Positions 19,251 through 29,000 are shown, counted from the stretch's first letter. The stretch is 64,000 nt of DNA from Candidatus Omnitrophota bacterium (GCA_021735105.1 JAIPHS010000001.1:5484-69483); one strand, 5' to 3'. Notes: generated by a model from the sequence alone, not told the origin. Program-made: numbers and translations.

Positions 19251-20690
19251 ATGAAATTCGATACTTACCTAAAAAAAATTCCTCAAATAGATCAGATTTC
19301 AAAAATAGCGAAAAAATTAAAAATCAAGGTGTGGCTGGTAGGTGGTTTTCTAAGAGATAGCTATATTAAGGTATCCAAAGATTTAGTTGATTTTGATTTT
19401 TGCGTGGAAAAAGATATAAATTTATTTGTTGAAAAAGTAGCTAAAACTTTTGGGGCGAAGGTAATCGTATTAGATAAAAAAAGTTCTAGTTTCCGAATTG
19501 TCTTAAATAAAAATATAAAAAAATATAGCTACGATTTTATTTTGATGCGTGGAAAAAACATAAAAAAAGATTTAGAACTAAGAGACTTTACGATTAATAG
19601 TTTAGCGCTGGATATAATTGAGCCAAGAAAAATTTTAGATTACCATAAAGGAATTAATGACTTAAAAGATAAACGGATAAAATCCTTAGCAGAAGGGGTG
19701 ATAGTCGATGATCCTTTGAGGATATTGAGAGGTTTTTCTTTTGCTGCAAACTATGAGTTTAAGATTGACCCACAAACTTTAAACTTTTTTTCTCGCTATA
19801 AAAAAAAGCTAAAAAATGTATCTTGTGAAAGAATTAATGAAGAGCTTTTTAAAATATTTAATTCCAAAAAGTCTTATAAAGTAATTAAAAAAATGGATAA
19901 AGTGAGAGTGATTGATGAAATTTTACCTTATGTTGAGAAGATGCGAAAAACTATACAAGGAGGGTTTCATCATTTGAATGTTTGGGGCCATTCAATCGAG
20001 ACTTTAAAACAATTTGAGGTACTTTGTAAAAGAGAAACCAAAAAAGAAAACGAAGCTATTGATTTTTTTAATCAAAATTTATCCGGAAATCGAAAAAGAT
20101 TTCAAATAATAAAATTAGCTTGTTTGCTTCATGATCTGGGGAAGCCCTTTGTGAAAAAAATAACTAAAGCCCGGACGATATTTCATGCTCACGAAAAAGC
20201 CGGCAGAGATATTTCTTCTCTTTTTGCTAAAAAAATACGGTTAGCAAAAGCTGAAAGAAAAGCGTTAGAGGAGATGGTATTTTGGCATCTTCGGCCCGGG
20301 TATTTGGCTGATCAAATTACGCCCAGTCGCAGGGCTGTTTACCGTTTTTTTCGTGATACACAAGAAGAGGGGGTGTCTATTATTTTTCTTTCTTTAGCTG
20401 ATTGGAGAGCTACTTGCGGCCCATTGGCAGATTTAGGAAAAAGAAAACGCCATGAAAAAATAATGCTTAAGTTGATCAAAGACCATTTTATCGAAAAAAA
20501 GAAAAAACCTATGCCTAAAATCATAGATGGTTATGATCTTATGAAGCATTTTAAGATAAAAAGAGGCCCCTTGATCGGCCAAATTTTAAATAAAATTAAA
20601 GAACTTCAGGTTATGGGTAAAATAAGTAAAAAGTCAGAAGCCTTAGCGGCTGCAGAAAAGATTTATGCAAAAAAAGCAAAAAAGAAGTAG
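19251..20690 (+). CDS. cca: tRNA nucleotidyltransferase (CCA-adding family) with C-terminal HD domain
   Basis: 479 aa; head motifs 'LVGGFLRDS', 'DFDFCVE', 'RDFTINS'; HD motif 'LLHDLGKP'. Confidence 0.7.
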   Translation: MKFDTYLKKIPQIDQISKIAKKLKIKVWLVGGFLRDSYIKVSKDLVDFDFCVEKDINLFVEKVAKTFGAKVIVLDKKSSSFRIVLNKNIKKYSYDFILMRGKNIKKDLELRDFTINSLALDIIEPRKILDYHKGINDLKDKRIKSLAEGVIVDDPLRILRGFSFAANYEFKIDPQTLNFFSRYKKKLKNVSCERINEELFKIFNSKKSYKVIKKMDKVRVIDEILPYVEKMRKTIQGGFHHLNVWGHSIETLKQFEVLCKRETKKENEAIDFFNQNLSGNRKRFQIIKLACLLHDLGKPFVKKITKARTIFHAHEKAGRDISSLFAKKIRLAKAERKALEEMVFWHLRPGYLADQITPSRRAVYRFFRDTQEEGVSIIFLSLADWRATCGPLADLGKRKRHEKIMLKLIKDHFIEKKKKPMPKIIDGYDLMKHFKIKRGPLIGQILNKIKELQVMGKISKKSEALAAAEKIYAKKAKKK

Positions 20691-21567
20691 GTGTTTTGTG
20701 GAATTAGAAAATATAATTATAGATTTATCAAAAAGTTTTAAAAGAGATATCCAGTTAAAAAAAATAAAGGAGATTAATAACAATTTAGGTCAATTGAAAA
20801 AAAATCAGGCAGTATTGATAAAAAATAGTTATTTTAAAACTAAATATATTGTTTTAATTAATTTTGATAATAAGCCTAAGCCGGAAGTTATTCGAGGAAC
20901 TTTGGCAAATTGTTTTAAAAGAATTAGAGATAAGAATATTAATTCTGTTGCTTTTCTAACGGCTGGTTTTAAAAAGAATGTTAATGTTCGTATTTTTTCT
21001 AAGATAATTGCTCAAGAGCTTTTTCGCTTTGTAAGAAGTAAAAAAGAAATAATTTTAAAAAGAGTATCATTTATAACATATACTGAACAAAGTTATAAAA
21101 TATTAAAAAAAAATATAATAGGATATCTGAATCATATAAAGGCTAATAGAGGGCCATTTCTTACTGTCGATGCTATTATTTGTTACAAAAAAGGAATAGT
21201 TTTAATAAAGAGAACAAATCCTCCTTTAGGCTGGGCTTTACCGGGGGGGTTTGTTGATTATGGCGAAAAACTAGAAAAAGCTGTTGCTCGGGAGGCTAAA
21301 GAAGAAACCGGTCTTGATTTTAAGGATGTAAAGCAGTTTAAGGTTTATTCAGATAATAAAAGAGATCCTCGTTTTCATACCGTTTCAGTAGTTTTTCTCG
21401 GCAAAGGCAAGGGAAGGCTCAAAGCAGCATCAGATGCAAAGGATGCATCAGTTTTTATGATTAAGGGAAGGGATCCTCTGTTAAATTTACCGCCTAACAT
21501 TGCTTTTGATCATAAAAAAATAATTAAAGATTATATAAAAGATAAAAGGCAAAAGAAAAAAGGCTAA
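20665..21567 (+). CDS. two-domain protein: unassigned N-terminal domain plus C-terminal Nudix hydrolase
   Basis: 300 aa; Nudix box 'GWALPGGFVDYGEKLEKAVAREAKEETGL' in the C-terminal half. The N-terminal about 150 aa has no family I can name. Start is uncertain because the ORF overlaps the cca end. Confidence 0.55.
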   Translation: MQKKQKRSRCFVELENIIIDLSKSFKRDIQLKKIKEINNNLGQLKKNQAVLIKNSYFKTKYIVLINFDNKPKPEVIRGTLANCFKRIRDKNINSVAFLTAGFKKNVNVRIFSKIIAQELFRFVRSKKEIILKRVSFITYTEQSYKILKKNIIGYLNHIKANRGPFLTVDAIICYKKGIVLIKRTNPPLGWALPGGFVDYGEKLEKAVAREAKEETGLDFKDVKQFKVYSDNKRDPRFHTVSVVFLGKGKGRLKAASDAKDASVFMIKGRDPLLNLPPNIAFDHKKIIKDYIKDKRQKKKG

Positions 21568-21570
21568 ATT

Positions 21571-23652
21571 ATGAATAAAACACCTATACGCTATATTAAA
21601 GGGGTGGGGCCGCGCAAAGAAAAAGTATTTAATAATAAAGCAGGGGTTTATACTATTGAGGACCTTCTTTATTTATTCCCTTTTCGTTATGAAGATAGAA
21701 CTAATTTCATAAATATCATAGATTTAAGAGAAAATAAACCAGCGGTAATTGAGGCAGAAGTGTTGGCTAGAAATTTAAAAAAATTTCCTTATTTTATCCG
21801 ATCTCGAAAAATAAAAAGTATTTTTGAAGTTATTTTAGAAGATAAAACTGCTAAAATTAATTGTAAATGGTTTAATCAACCATATCTTAACGATTCTATT
21901 AAAGTAGGTCAAAAGTTAATTATCTATGGAAAACCTTCTCGTTATAAAGGTAAATTACAGATAATTTCACCAAAGTTTGAACAGAGCGGCAACGATCAAA
22001 ATTTAGAAGTTGGTAAAATTACATCTATTTATAGATTGCCGGCTGAATTTAGCCAAAGGTATATTAGAAAAACCATATTTTTTATTTTAAAAAATTATCA
22101 TTCGCAAATTTCTGACCCAATTCCTTTTAGCATTAGAGATAAACAAAATATTCCTAATATTGCAAAAAGTCTTAAGCAGATACATTTTCCCGATTCTTTA
22201 AAAGAGGCTGATTTAGCTAGGCAAAGGTTTATTTTTGAAGAATTATTTATTTCACAAATTATGGTTTATTTGCGTAAGGCTAAACATCGCCTTCAAAAAG
22301 GCCCTGCCTTAAAAGTTGATAGAAAAGCGGTAGAGGAAATTAAAAAAGTTTTCTCTTTTCAATTAACTCAAGCTCAAAAAGAGGTTTTAACTAAAATTTT
22401 ATCGGATTTAAGTAAAACCTATCCTATGCATAGGCTTTTGCAAGGAGATGTAGGTAGTGGAAAGACTGCTGTAGCTCTTTTTCCGATAATTTTATCTGCT
22501 TTGTCGTCTTGGCAGGTAGCTTTTATGGTTCCCACTGAAGTTTTAGCTTATCAGCATAAAAAGACAATTGATGATTTATTAAAGCAAGCCGGCCCTTCTT
22601 TAGCTAAATTAAGGGGTAAAGTGGATATATTGACATCATCATTGCCGGTGAAAGAAAAAAATGCTGTTTTACAAAAGTTAGCTAAAGAAGATTCATTGAT
22701 TATAGTAGGGACTCATTCTTTGATTCAAAAGAACCTAAAATTTAAAAAATTAGGATTGGTGGTAATAGATGAGCAACATAAGTTTGGCGTAGCTCAAAGA
22801 ACACTTTTACCTAAAAAAGGCCAACTTTTACCAAATTGTTTAGTAATGAGCGCCACACCAATTCCACGTAGCTTAGCTCTCTCTATTTATGGTGATCTTG
22901 ATGCGTCAACTATTTATCAATTGCCTCCAAATCGAAGTAAGCCGGATACGATTGTTGTTAAAGAAGAAAAAAGAAGTTGGGTTTATGATTTAATTGAAGA
23001 AAAAATAAAACAGAAAAAACAGGTTTATATAGTTTATCCAATTATTGACCAAAATGATGGCTTAGAGGTTAAATCGCTAAATCAGATGCATAAAAAAATA
23101 AAGAAAAGATTTTCAAAGTTTTCAATAGGGATATTCCATGGCCGGTTAAAAAATCAAGATAAATTAACAGTAATTGATAAGTTCAATAAAGCTAAAATTG
23201 ATATTCTTATCTCTACAAATGTAGTAGAGGTTGGCCTTGACATTAAAAATGCTACGACTATGGTAGTAGAAAGCCCGCAAAAATTTGGCTTATCCCAGTT
23301 ACATCAATTACGCGGCAGGATTAGAAGATCTAGCCAAAAAGCTACTTTTATTTTAATTTATAGGGAAAGTATTTCTCAAGAGGCTAAAAAGAGATTAGAG
23401 ATAATAGAAAAAGAAAGTGATGGTTTTAAAATAGCTGAAGCAGACCTAAAGCTGCGCGGGCCGGGAGATTTTTTTGGACAGCTTCAACACGGATTACCTA
23501 ATTTGAAGATAGCGGAACCTCTAAGAGATTTAAAGATTTTAAAACAGGCACGGATTTTTGCCAGAGAAGTTGTAAAAAAAGATACTTATTTGGCCCAATC
23601 CGGATTTAAACCATTAAGGGGCTATCTTGGTGATAAAAAATGCAAGTTTTAG
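21571..23652 (+). CDS. recG: ATP-dependent DNA helicase RecG
   Basis: 693 aa; wedge/OB N-domain, helicase motifs 'GDVGSGKT', 'VIDEQHKFG', 'QLRGRIRR'. Confidence 0.85.
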   Translation: MNKTPIRYIKGVGPRKEKVFNNKAGVYTIEDLLYLFPFRYEDRTNFINIIDLRENKPAVIEAEVLARNLKKFPYFIRSRKIKSIFEVILEDKTAKINCKWFNQPYLNDSIKVGQKLIIYGKPSRYKGKLQIISPKFEQSGNDQNLEVGKITSIYRLPAEFSQRYIRKTIFFILKNYHSQISDPIPFSIRDKQNIPNIAKSLKQIHFPDSLKEADLARQRFIFEELFISQIMVYLRKAKHRLQKGPALKVDRKAVEEIKKVFSFQLTQAQKEVLTKILSDLSKTYPMHRLLQGDVGSGKTAVALFPIILSALSSWQVAFMVPTEVLAYQHKKTIDDLLKQAGPSLAKLRGKVDILTSSLPVKEKNAVLQKLAKEDSLIIVGTHSLIQKNLKFKKLGLVVIDEQHKFGVAQRTLLPKKGQLLPNCLVMSATPIPRSLALSIYGDLDASTIYQLPPNRSKPDTIVVKEEKRSWVYDLIEEKIKQKKQVYIVYPIIDQNDGLEVKSLNQMHKKIKKRFSKFSIGIFHGRLKNQDKLTVIDKFNKAKIDILISTNVVEVGLDIKNATTMVVESPQKFGLSQLHQLRGRIRRSSQKATFILIYRESISQEAKKRLEIIEKESDGFKIAEADLKLRGPGDFFGQLQHGLPNLKIAEPLRDLKILKQARIFAREVVKKDTYLAQSGFKPLRGYLGDKKCKF

Positions 23653-24182
23653 GAGGAAAATTAAAAGGAAGAAAAATTAAAATCCCGGCTCAGATAAGGC
23701 CGGTCTCTCAGCGGATAAAGAAAGGTTGTTTTGATATAATATTTGATTTGGTTGAGGCCAAGACAGTTTTAGATCTTTACGCCGGTAGTGGTTCTTTGGG
23801 TATAGAAGCTTTATCTCGAGGCGCAGAGCGGGCTGTTTTTGTAGATAAGGATAAAGCTAGCATAAAATCTATAAAGAGCAATATTAATAGCTTAAAATTA
23901 AATAAATCTGCTGAAATTTATTGCAAAGAAAGCTCTTTAGCTATAAAATATTTATGGAGAAAAAAAGCTTTTTTTGATCTTATTTTTCTTGATCCGCCTT
24001 ATTACAAAGGCTTGCTTATAAAGAGCTTGCAACTGCTGGAAAGTTATGATATATTAGCCCGTTCTAGTTACTTAATTTGTTTTTGTTATGAAAATGACCA
24101 ATATGCGCAAAAATATAAAAGTTTTTCCTTAGATTTGAAAAGAAACTACGGCCAATCTAGTCTGCTTATATACAAAAAGTAA
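23640..24182 (+). CDS. rsmD: 16S rRNA (guanine966-N2)-methyltransferase RsmD
   Basis: 180 aa; SAM motif 'DLYAGSGSLGIEALSRGA' and 'FLDPPY'. Confidence 0.7.
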   Translation: MQVLGGKLKGRKIKIPAQIRPVSQRIKKGCFDIIFDLVEAKTVLDLYAGSGSLGIEALSRGAERAVFVDKDKASIKSIKSNINSLKLNKSAEIYCKESSLAIKYLWRKKAFFDLIFLDPPYYKGLLIKSLQLLESYDILARSSYLICFCYENDQYAQKYKSFSLDLKRNYGQSSLLIYKK

Positions 24183-24185
24183 ATA

Positions 24186-24680
24186 ATGAAAAAAGTTATT
24201 TATCCAGGGACATTTGATCCAATTACCAACGGTCATCTTGATATAATAAATAGAGTCAATACTTTATCAGATAGTTTAGTGGTTGCGGTGGCTAAAAATC
24301 CAACTAAAGACTGTTTTTTTTCCTATGATCAGCGCCTAGATTTAGTAAAAAAAGTAACTAAAAGCATAAAAGGCATAGCAGTTTTAGGGTTTGACGGATT
24401 GGTTATTGATTTTGCCTGTCAGAATAAAGCCAATGCAATCATTAGAGGATTAAGGACGATGTCAGATTTTGAATATGAGTTTAAAATGGCATTAACTAAC
24501 AAAAGCCTAGCTCCAGGCATTGAGACATTGTTTTTGATGACTCATCCCCAATATTCTTTTATTTCTTCTCATTTGATTAAAGAAGTTGCTTTATTAGGAG
24601 GGGATCTGAATAAATTTTTACCTGAGCCGGTATTGTCGGCAGTGAATGATAAAATTAATGAAAATTATGGAGGTAAATAA
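24186..24680 (+). CDS. coaD: phosphopantetheine adenylyltransferase
   Basis: 164 aa; 'YPGTFDPITNGHLD'; stop codon overlaps the rpmF start (TAATG). Confidence 0.85.
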   Translation: MKKVIYPGTFDPITNGHLDIINRVNTLSDSLVVAVAKNPTKDCFFSYDQRLDLVKKVTKSIKGIAVLGFDGLVIDFACQNKANAIIRGLRTMSDFEYEFKMALTNKSLAPGIETLFLMTHPQYSFISSHLIKEVALLGGDLNKFLPEPVLSAVNDKINENYGGK

Positions 24681-24889
24681 TGGCACACCCGAAACGAAAA
24701 CACTCCCATGCACGAACTCATAAAAAAAGAACACATCAAAAAATACATTCTCCCTCGCTGGTAAAATGTAGTCAGTGTAAGAAATTTAAACCTAAAAGCA
24801 TGGTCTGTCCTTTTTGCGGTTATTACAAAAATAAAGAAATCATAAAAATAGAGCCAAAAGAAAATAAAAAGAAAAAAAGACAAGGTTAA
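24680..24889 (+). CDS. rpmF: 50S ribosomal protein L32 with lysine-rich C-terminal extension
   Basis: 69 aa; 'MAHPKRKHSHARTHKKRTH...CPFCGYYK' L32 zinc ribbon; heads the rpmF-plsX-fabHDG-acpP-fabF cluster. Confidence 0.8.
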   Translation: MAHPKRKHSHARTHKKRTHQKIHSPSLVKCSQCKKFKPKSMVCPFCGYYKNKEIIKIEPKENKKKKRQG

Positions 24890-24892
24890 TTT

Positions 24893-25918
24893 ATGGCTAA
24901 GTTTAAGATAGGGATAGATGCATCCGGTGGAGACCTTGCGCCTTTAGAGATTGTTAAAGGGGCTATTCTGGCTAAAAAGGAGATAGATCAAGAATTAGTC
25001 TTGATTGGCGATAAGGAAAAAATAAGAAAAGAACTTAAAAAATATAAGGTAGATTTTGCTATTGTTGATGCTCCAGAAAAAATTAATATGGCTGAGGCCC
25101 CGGTTTCTGCAGTAAGAAAAAAAAGAAACTCTTCAATAGTTGTAGGCTGTAAGCTTCTTAAAAAAAGAGAAATTGATGCTTTTGTCTCTTGCGGCAACAC
25201 TGGTGCTGTAGTTTGTGCTTCAGCTTTAATTTTAAAGTTTATCGAGGGGGTAGAGCGCCCCGGTATAGCTTTAATGTTTCCTACCCAAAAAGGTGTTTCT
25301 TTGCTTATCGATGCGGGAGCTAACATTGATTGTAAACCGATTCATCTTCTCCAATATGGAGTGATGGCCTCTGTTTATTATAGTACCGTTTTAGAAAAAG
25401 AAAGGCCTACGGTAGGCCTTCTTAATATTGGCGAAGAAGCTTCTAAAGGCCTTGAGGTATTAAAAAATACGCATAAACTTTTTGAACTTTCATCTTTAAA
25501 TTTTTCTGGTAATATAGAGGCTAAAAGCATTCTTTCAGGAAGTTCTGATTGTATTGTTTGTGATGGTTTTGTTGGTAATATTGCCTTAAAAGTTCTTGAA
25601 GGAAGCACCGAGGCAATGGGCAAACTTTTTATTGAGTTTATGAAAAAGAGCCTGCCGGGCCGGTTAGGGCTTTTGTTGGCAAAAGGAAATCTTAAAAAAC
25701 TTAAAGAATCAATAGATTATTCTGAATATGGGGGTGCACCTCTTTTGGGCGTAGATGGAGCGGTAATTATTGGCCACGGGAGGTCTGATGCTAAAGCTGT
25801 AAAGAATGCAATCGGAGCAGCAGCTAGGGAATTAAAGAGAAAACTTAACGAAAGGATAAAGGAAAAAATAAATGAAACCTGTCAAGATAGTAGGATTAGG
25901 CAAATACTTGCCGCCTAA
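24893..25918 (+). CDS. plsX: phosphate acyltransferase PlsX
   Basis: 341 aa; 'GIDASGGDLAP', 'VSCGNTGA' typical PlsX. Confidence 0.85.
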   Translation: MAKFKIGIDASGGDLAPLEIVKGAILAKKEIDQELVLIGDKEKIRKELKKYKVDFAIVDAPEKINMAEAPVSAVRKKRNSSIVVGCKLLKKREIDAFVSCGNTGAVVCASALILKFIEGVERPGIALMFPTQKGVSLLIDAGANIDCKPIHLLQYGVMASVYYSTVLEKERPTVGLLNIGEEASKGLEVLKNTHKLFELSSLNFSGNIEAKSILSGSSDCIVCDGFVGNIALKVLEGSTEAMGKLFIEFMKKSLPGRLGLLLAKGNLKKLKESIDYSEYGGAPLLGVDGAVIIGHGRSDAKAVKNAIGAAARELKRKLNERIKEKINETCQDSRIRQILAA

Positions 25919-26849
25919 AAAACTAACAAATTCTGATCTAGAAAAAATAGTAGATACTTCTGATGAGTGGATTACAACTCGTACCGGCATAAAAGAAAGA
26001 AGAATTGCTAAAGGTATGTCTTCTTCAGAACTTGCTCATAAAGCATCTAAGCAAGCTTTAAAAAATGCGGGTTTAGGTGCTGATGACTTAGATTTAATAA
26101 TAGTTGCTACAATTACTCCTGATAATTTTTTTCCTTCTACTGCTTGTCGATTGCAAAGTTTGCTTAAAGCTAAAAAAGCAGCTGCTTTTGATATTTCTGC
26201 CGCTTGTTCGGGATTTGTTTATGGATTGACCTGTGCTTGGCAGATGATTGGGGCAGGATTATATAAAAATGTTTTAGTAGTAGGCAGTGAGGTTCTTTCT
26301 TCGGTCACTGATTGGCAGGATCGCTCTACTTGTGTTCTCTTTGGTGACGGAGCCGGAGCCGCGGTATTGACCGCGGCAGATCAAAAAAGCTTTTTAAGTT
26401 CGCATCTAGGCGCCGATGGCTCACGTGCGGATCTTTTAAATATTCCGGCCGGTGGTTCTCGGATGCCAACCTCACATCAGACAATTGACGATAAACTTCA
26501 TTGTATAAAGATGAAGGGTAATGAATTATTTAGAGTGGCTGTTAGGGTTATGGTAGATTCTGCTAAAGTTGCTTTAGCAGAAGCAGGGCTTAAAGCTGAC
26601 GATCTAGATATGCTAGTTCCGCATCAGGCGAATAAAAGGATAGTAGATGCCGTAGTTAAAACCTTGAAAATAAAAGATAAGGTATATTTTAATCTTTCTC
26701 GCTATGGAAATATGTCATCTGCTTCTTGTGCTGTAGCTCTTTGTGAAGCCTGTCAGGAGTCAAAGATAAAAAAAGGAGATATCGTTGTTTTAGATACCTT
26801 TGGGGGCGGGCTTGTTTGGGGAAGTTGTGTGATCAAATGGGCATTGTAG
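25872..26849 (+). CDS. fabH: 3-oxoacyl-ACP synthase III
   Basis: 325 aa; 'LTNSDLEKIVDTSDEWI', active Cys 'AACSGFVYGL', 'HQAN', 'GNMSSAS'; 47-nt overlap with plsX. Confidence 0.85.
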   Translation: MKPVKIVGLGKYLPPKKLTNSDLEKIVDTSDEWITTRTGIKERRIAKGMSSSELAHKASKQALKNAGLGADDLDLIIVATITPDNFFPSTACRLQSLLKAKKAAAFDISAACSGFVYGLTCAWQMIGAGLYKNVLVVGSEVLSSVTDWQDRSTCVLFGDGAGAAVLTAADQKSFLSSHLGADGSRADLLNIPAGGSRMPTSHQTIDDKLHCIKMKGNELFRVAVRVMVDSAKVALAEAGLKADDLDMLVPHQANKRIVDAVVKTLKIKDKVYFNLSRYGNMSSASCAVALCEACQESKIKKGDIVVLDTFGGGLVWGSCVIKWAL

Positions 26850-26881
26850 ATGGTGAGCGGTTAATTGGTGAGTAGTGAGTA

Positions 26882-26966
26882 ATCAACGAATTTACTAATC
26901 TGTACGAATATACGAATTTAATAAGTTCCTATTCGCAAATTCGTAATTAATTCGTACATTCATTGA
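26882..26966 (+). repeat. intergenic palindromic element, copy B (TACGAAT/ATTCGTA family)
   Basis: 'aatcaacgaatttactaatctgtacgaatatacgaat...attcgcaaattcgtaattaattcgtacattcattgat'; bracketed by outer inverted repeats ggttaattgg (26860-26869) / ccaattaacc (26971-26980). Confidence 0.7.
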
Positions 26967-26970
26967 TGGT

Positions 26971-27010
26971 AACCAATTAACCAATTGACCAATTAACTAA
27001 TTAACTAATT
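26971..27010 (+). repeat. 8-nt tandem repeat array (CCAATTAA-like x5) in fabH-fabD spacer
   Basis: 'ccaattaa ccaattga ccaattaa ctaattaa ctaattta' directly before the fabD RBS and start. Confidence 0.65.
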
Positions 27011-27011
27011 T

Positions 27012-27923
27012 ATGGGTAAGAAAGCGATAATATTTCCGGGGCAAGGATCTCAATATCCTCAGATGGGTTTGAGTTTATACCAAAACTTTCAAGAAGCAAA
27101 GAAAGTTTTTGATCTAGTTGAACGGATTTCCGGAATTAAAATTTCAGAAGCTATATTTAGCGGAGATTCCTCTCAGCTTAAAGATACAGCTATTCAACAA
27201 TTGGCTATTTTAGCAGTTAGTTTAGCAGCTTATGAGCTGTCAAAGCCTCATTTGGGGGATGTTGAATTTGTTTTAGGGTTAAGCTTGGGTGAATATAGTT
27301 GTCTTTATGCCGGAGGAGTTCTTTGCTTAGAAGATCTTATTTTATTGGTTAAAGCAAGGGGCCAAGCTATGCAGAAAGCAGCTAAGGTTAACCCTTCTTC
27401 TATGTTTGCCGTTATTGGAGCCAATCGGGGTGATTTAGAGCCAAAACAAAGAGATTTAGATTTTTATATTTCTAACATGAATGCTCCTTCTCAAATTGTT
27501 ATTTCTACAAAAAAAAAGAATAAAAACGAATTAAAAAATAAATTAGAAAAAGAAGGGTTAAGGGTAATAGAGCTTAAAGTTTCTGGAGGTTTTCACTCTC
27601 CTTTTATGGAACCAGCCAGAGAAGAACTTAAAAAAGTTGTTGCCGATTTTGAATTTTCTGACGCACATATTCCTATTATAAGCAATGTAACCGCCAGTCA
27701 AGATATTAAGTCTGAAAAAATAAAAGAAAATTTACTTAAGCAATTAGTCAGTCCTGTGTTATGGATGGATTCAATAAAATATTTATCAAAAAAAGGTATA
27801 AATAATTTCTATGAAGTTGGCCCTTCAAAGGTATTAAAAGGGCTCTTAAGGAAGATAGACAGAGATTTAAAAGTTATCAATATCGAGAAGAAGGAAGATT
27901 TAGAGAAAATAATTGATAATTGA
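27012..27923 (+). CDS. fabD: malonyl-CoA:ACP transacylase
   Basis: 303 aa; 'FPGQGSQ', active Ser 'GLSLGEYS', 'GGFHSP'. Confidence 0.85.
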   Translation: MGKKAIIFPGQGSQYPQMGLSLYQNFQEAKKVFDLVERISGIKISEAIFSGDSSQLKDTAIQQLAILAVSLAAYELSKPHLGDVEFVLGLSLGEYSCLYAGGVLCLEDLILLVKARGQAMQKAAKVNPSSMFAVIGANRGDLEPKQRDLDFYISNMNAPSQIVISTKKKNKNELKNKLEKEGLRVIELKVSGGFHSPFMEPAREELKKVVADFEFSDAHIPIISNVTASQDIKSEKIKENLLKQLVSPVLWMDSIKYLSKKGINNFYEVGPSKVLKGLLRKIDRDLKVINIEKKEDLEKIIDN

Positions 27924-28002
27924 TAATTGATAATTGATAATTGAGAAAAAAATTATTGAAATAGAATAAATTTTAATTATAAGTTATAAATTATCAATTA
28001 TG
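27908..28002 (+). repeat. heptamer tandem repeat (GATAATT x about 5) at fabD 3' end plus complementary arm, forming an intergenic palindrome
   Basis: gataatt units 27915-27942 span the fabD stop. 'aaattatcaattatg' at 27988-28002 is the reverse complement of 'ataattgataat', giving a long imperfect hairpin across the fabD-fabG spacer. Confidence 0.6.
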
Positions 28003-28018
28003 CATTAAAAGGAGGAAT

Positions 28019-28753
28019 ATGGATTTTAAAGATAAAGTAGTGGTAGTTACCGGCGCTGCCAGGGGAATTGGTAAACAAATTGCCTACAGTTTTGCTAAAA
28101 GAAAAGCAAAAGTAGTTTTGTTTGATTTAGACCAGGCTCAGCTTGAAGCTGCAAAAAAAGAGTTATCCGGTATTACCGAGTCTCAATCATATTCGATTGA
28201 TGTTACAAATTATCAGCAATTGTCAAATGTTATAGACAAAGTTATTGACAAGTTTCTAAAGATTGATATATTGGTTAACAATGCCGGGATAACTAAAGAT
28301 AACCTGGCTTTAAGGCTCTCTGAAACAGATTGGGATAAAGTTTTAGAAGTTAATTTAAAAGGCACGTTTTTAACTTCAAAAGCTGTTTTGAAAAGAATGT
28401 TGAAACAGCGGAGTGGAAAAATTATCAATATTTCCTCAATAATTGGTATTATTGGTAATTTTGGCCAATCAAACTATGCAGCTTCCAAGGCGGGTTTAAT
28501 TGGGTTAACAAAATCTCTTTCTAAGGAAGTAGGAGCTAGGGGAATAAATGTAAATGCTGTTGCTCCAGGCTACATTAAGACTAAAATGACTGATGTTCTT
28601 CCTGATAAGGTTAAAGAGGAAATGCTTAAAAGAATTCCTTTAAAGAGGTTTGGTTCAACCGAAGATGTGGCTAATGCAGTATTGTTTTTGTCTTCTCAGT
28701 TAGCAGATTATATAACAGGGCAAGTAGTTGTTGTTGACGGTGGTATGATTTAA
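28019..28753 (+). CDS. fabG: 3-oxoacyl-ACP reductase
   Basis: 244 aa SDR; '[10 protein letters not shown]', 'NAG', catalytic 'YAASKAG'. Confidence 0.85.
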   Translation: MDFKDKVVVVTGAARGIGKQIAYSFAKRKAKVVLFDLDQAQLEAAKKELSGITESQSYSIDVTNYQQLSNVIDKVIDKFLKIDILVNNAGITKDNLALRLSETDWDKVLEVNLKGTFLTSKAVLKRMLKQRSGKIINISSIIGIIGNFGQSNYAASKAGLIGLTKSLSKEVGARGINVNAVAPGYIKTKMTDVLPDKVKEEMLKRIPLKRFGSTEDVANAVLFLSSQLADYITGQVVVVDGGMI

Positions 28754-28766
28754 AAAAAGGAGGTCT

Positions 28767-29000
28767 TTGATGGCGATTGAAGAGAAAGTAAAGGAAATAA
28801 TTTCAGAACAGCTTGGTGTCAAGAAAGAAGAGATAAAACCGGAAAGTTCTTTCATTGATGATTTAGGCGCGGATTCTTTGGATACAGTAGAAGTTGTTAT
28901 GGCATTGGAAGAAGAGTTTGGCATAGAAATACCTGATGAAGATGCGGAAAAAATTACAAAAGTCGGAGAAGCCATTAAATATATCGAAGAAAAGAAATAA
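28767..29000 (+). CDS. acpP: acyl carrier protein
   Basis: 77 aa; phosphopantetheine site '[10 protein letters not shown]'. Confidence 0.9.
   Translation: MMAIEEKVKEIISEQLGVKKEEIKPESSFIDDLGADSLDTVEVVMALEEEFGIEIPDEDAEKITKVGEAIKYIEEKK

Noticed and set aside
19236-19251. Palindrome agataagaacttatct overlapping the cca start region as a regulatory operator
   Set aside because: It is a single 7-bp perfect dyad with a 2-nt centre and no second copy in the window. That is too little to call a binding site or RNA hairpin with any confidence.
26971-27010. CRISPR array
   Set aside because: The tandem repeats here and at 27908-27942, 63681-63720 and 14806-14847 have 6-11 nt units with no interspersed unique spacers. 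That is far too short for CRISPR repeats, and no cas genes are present.
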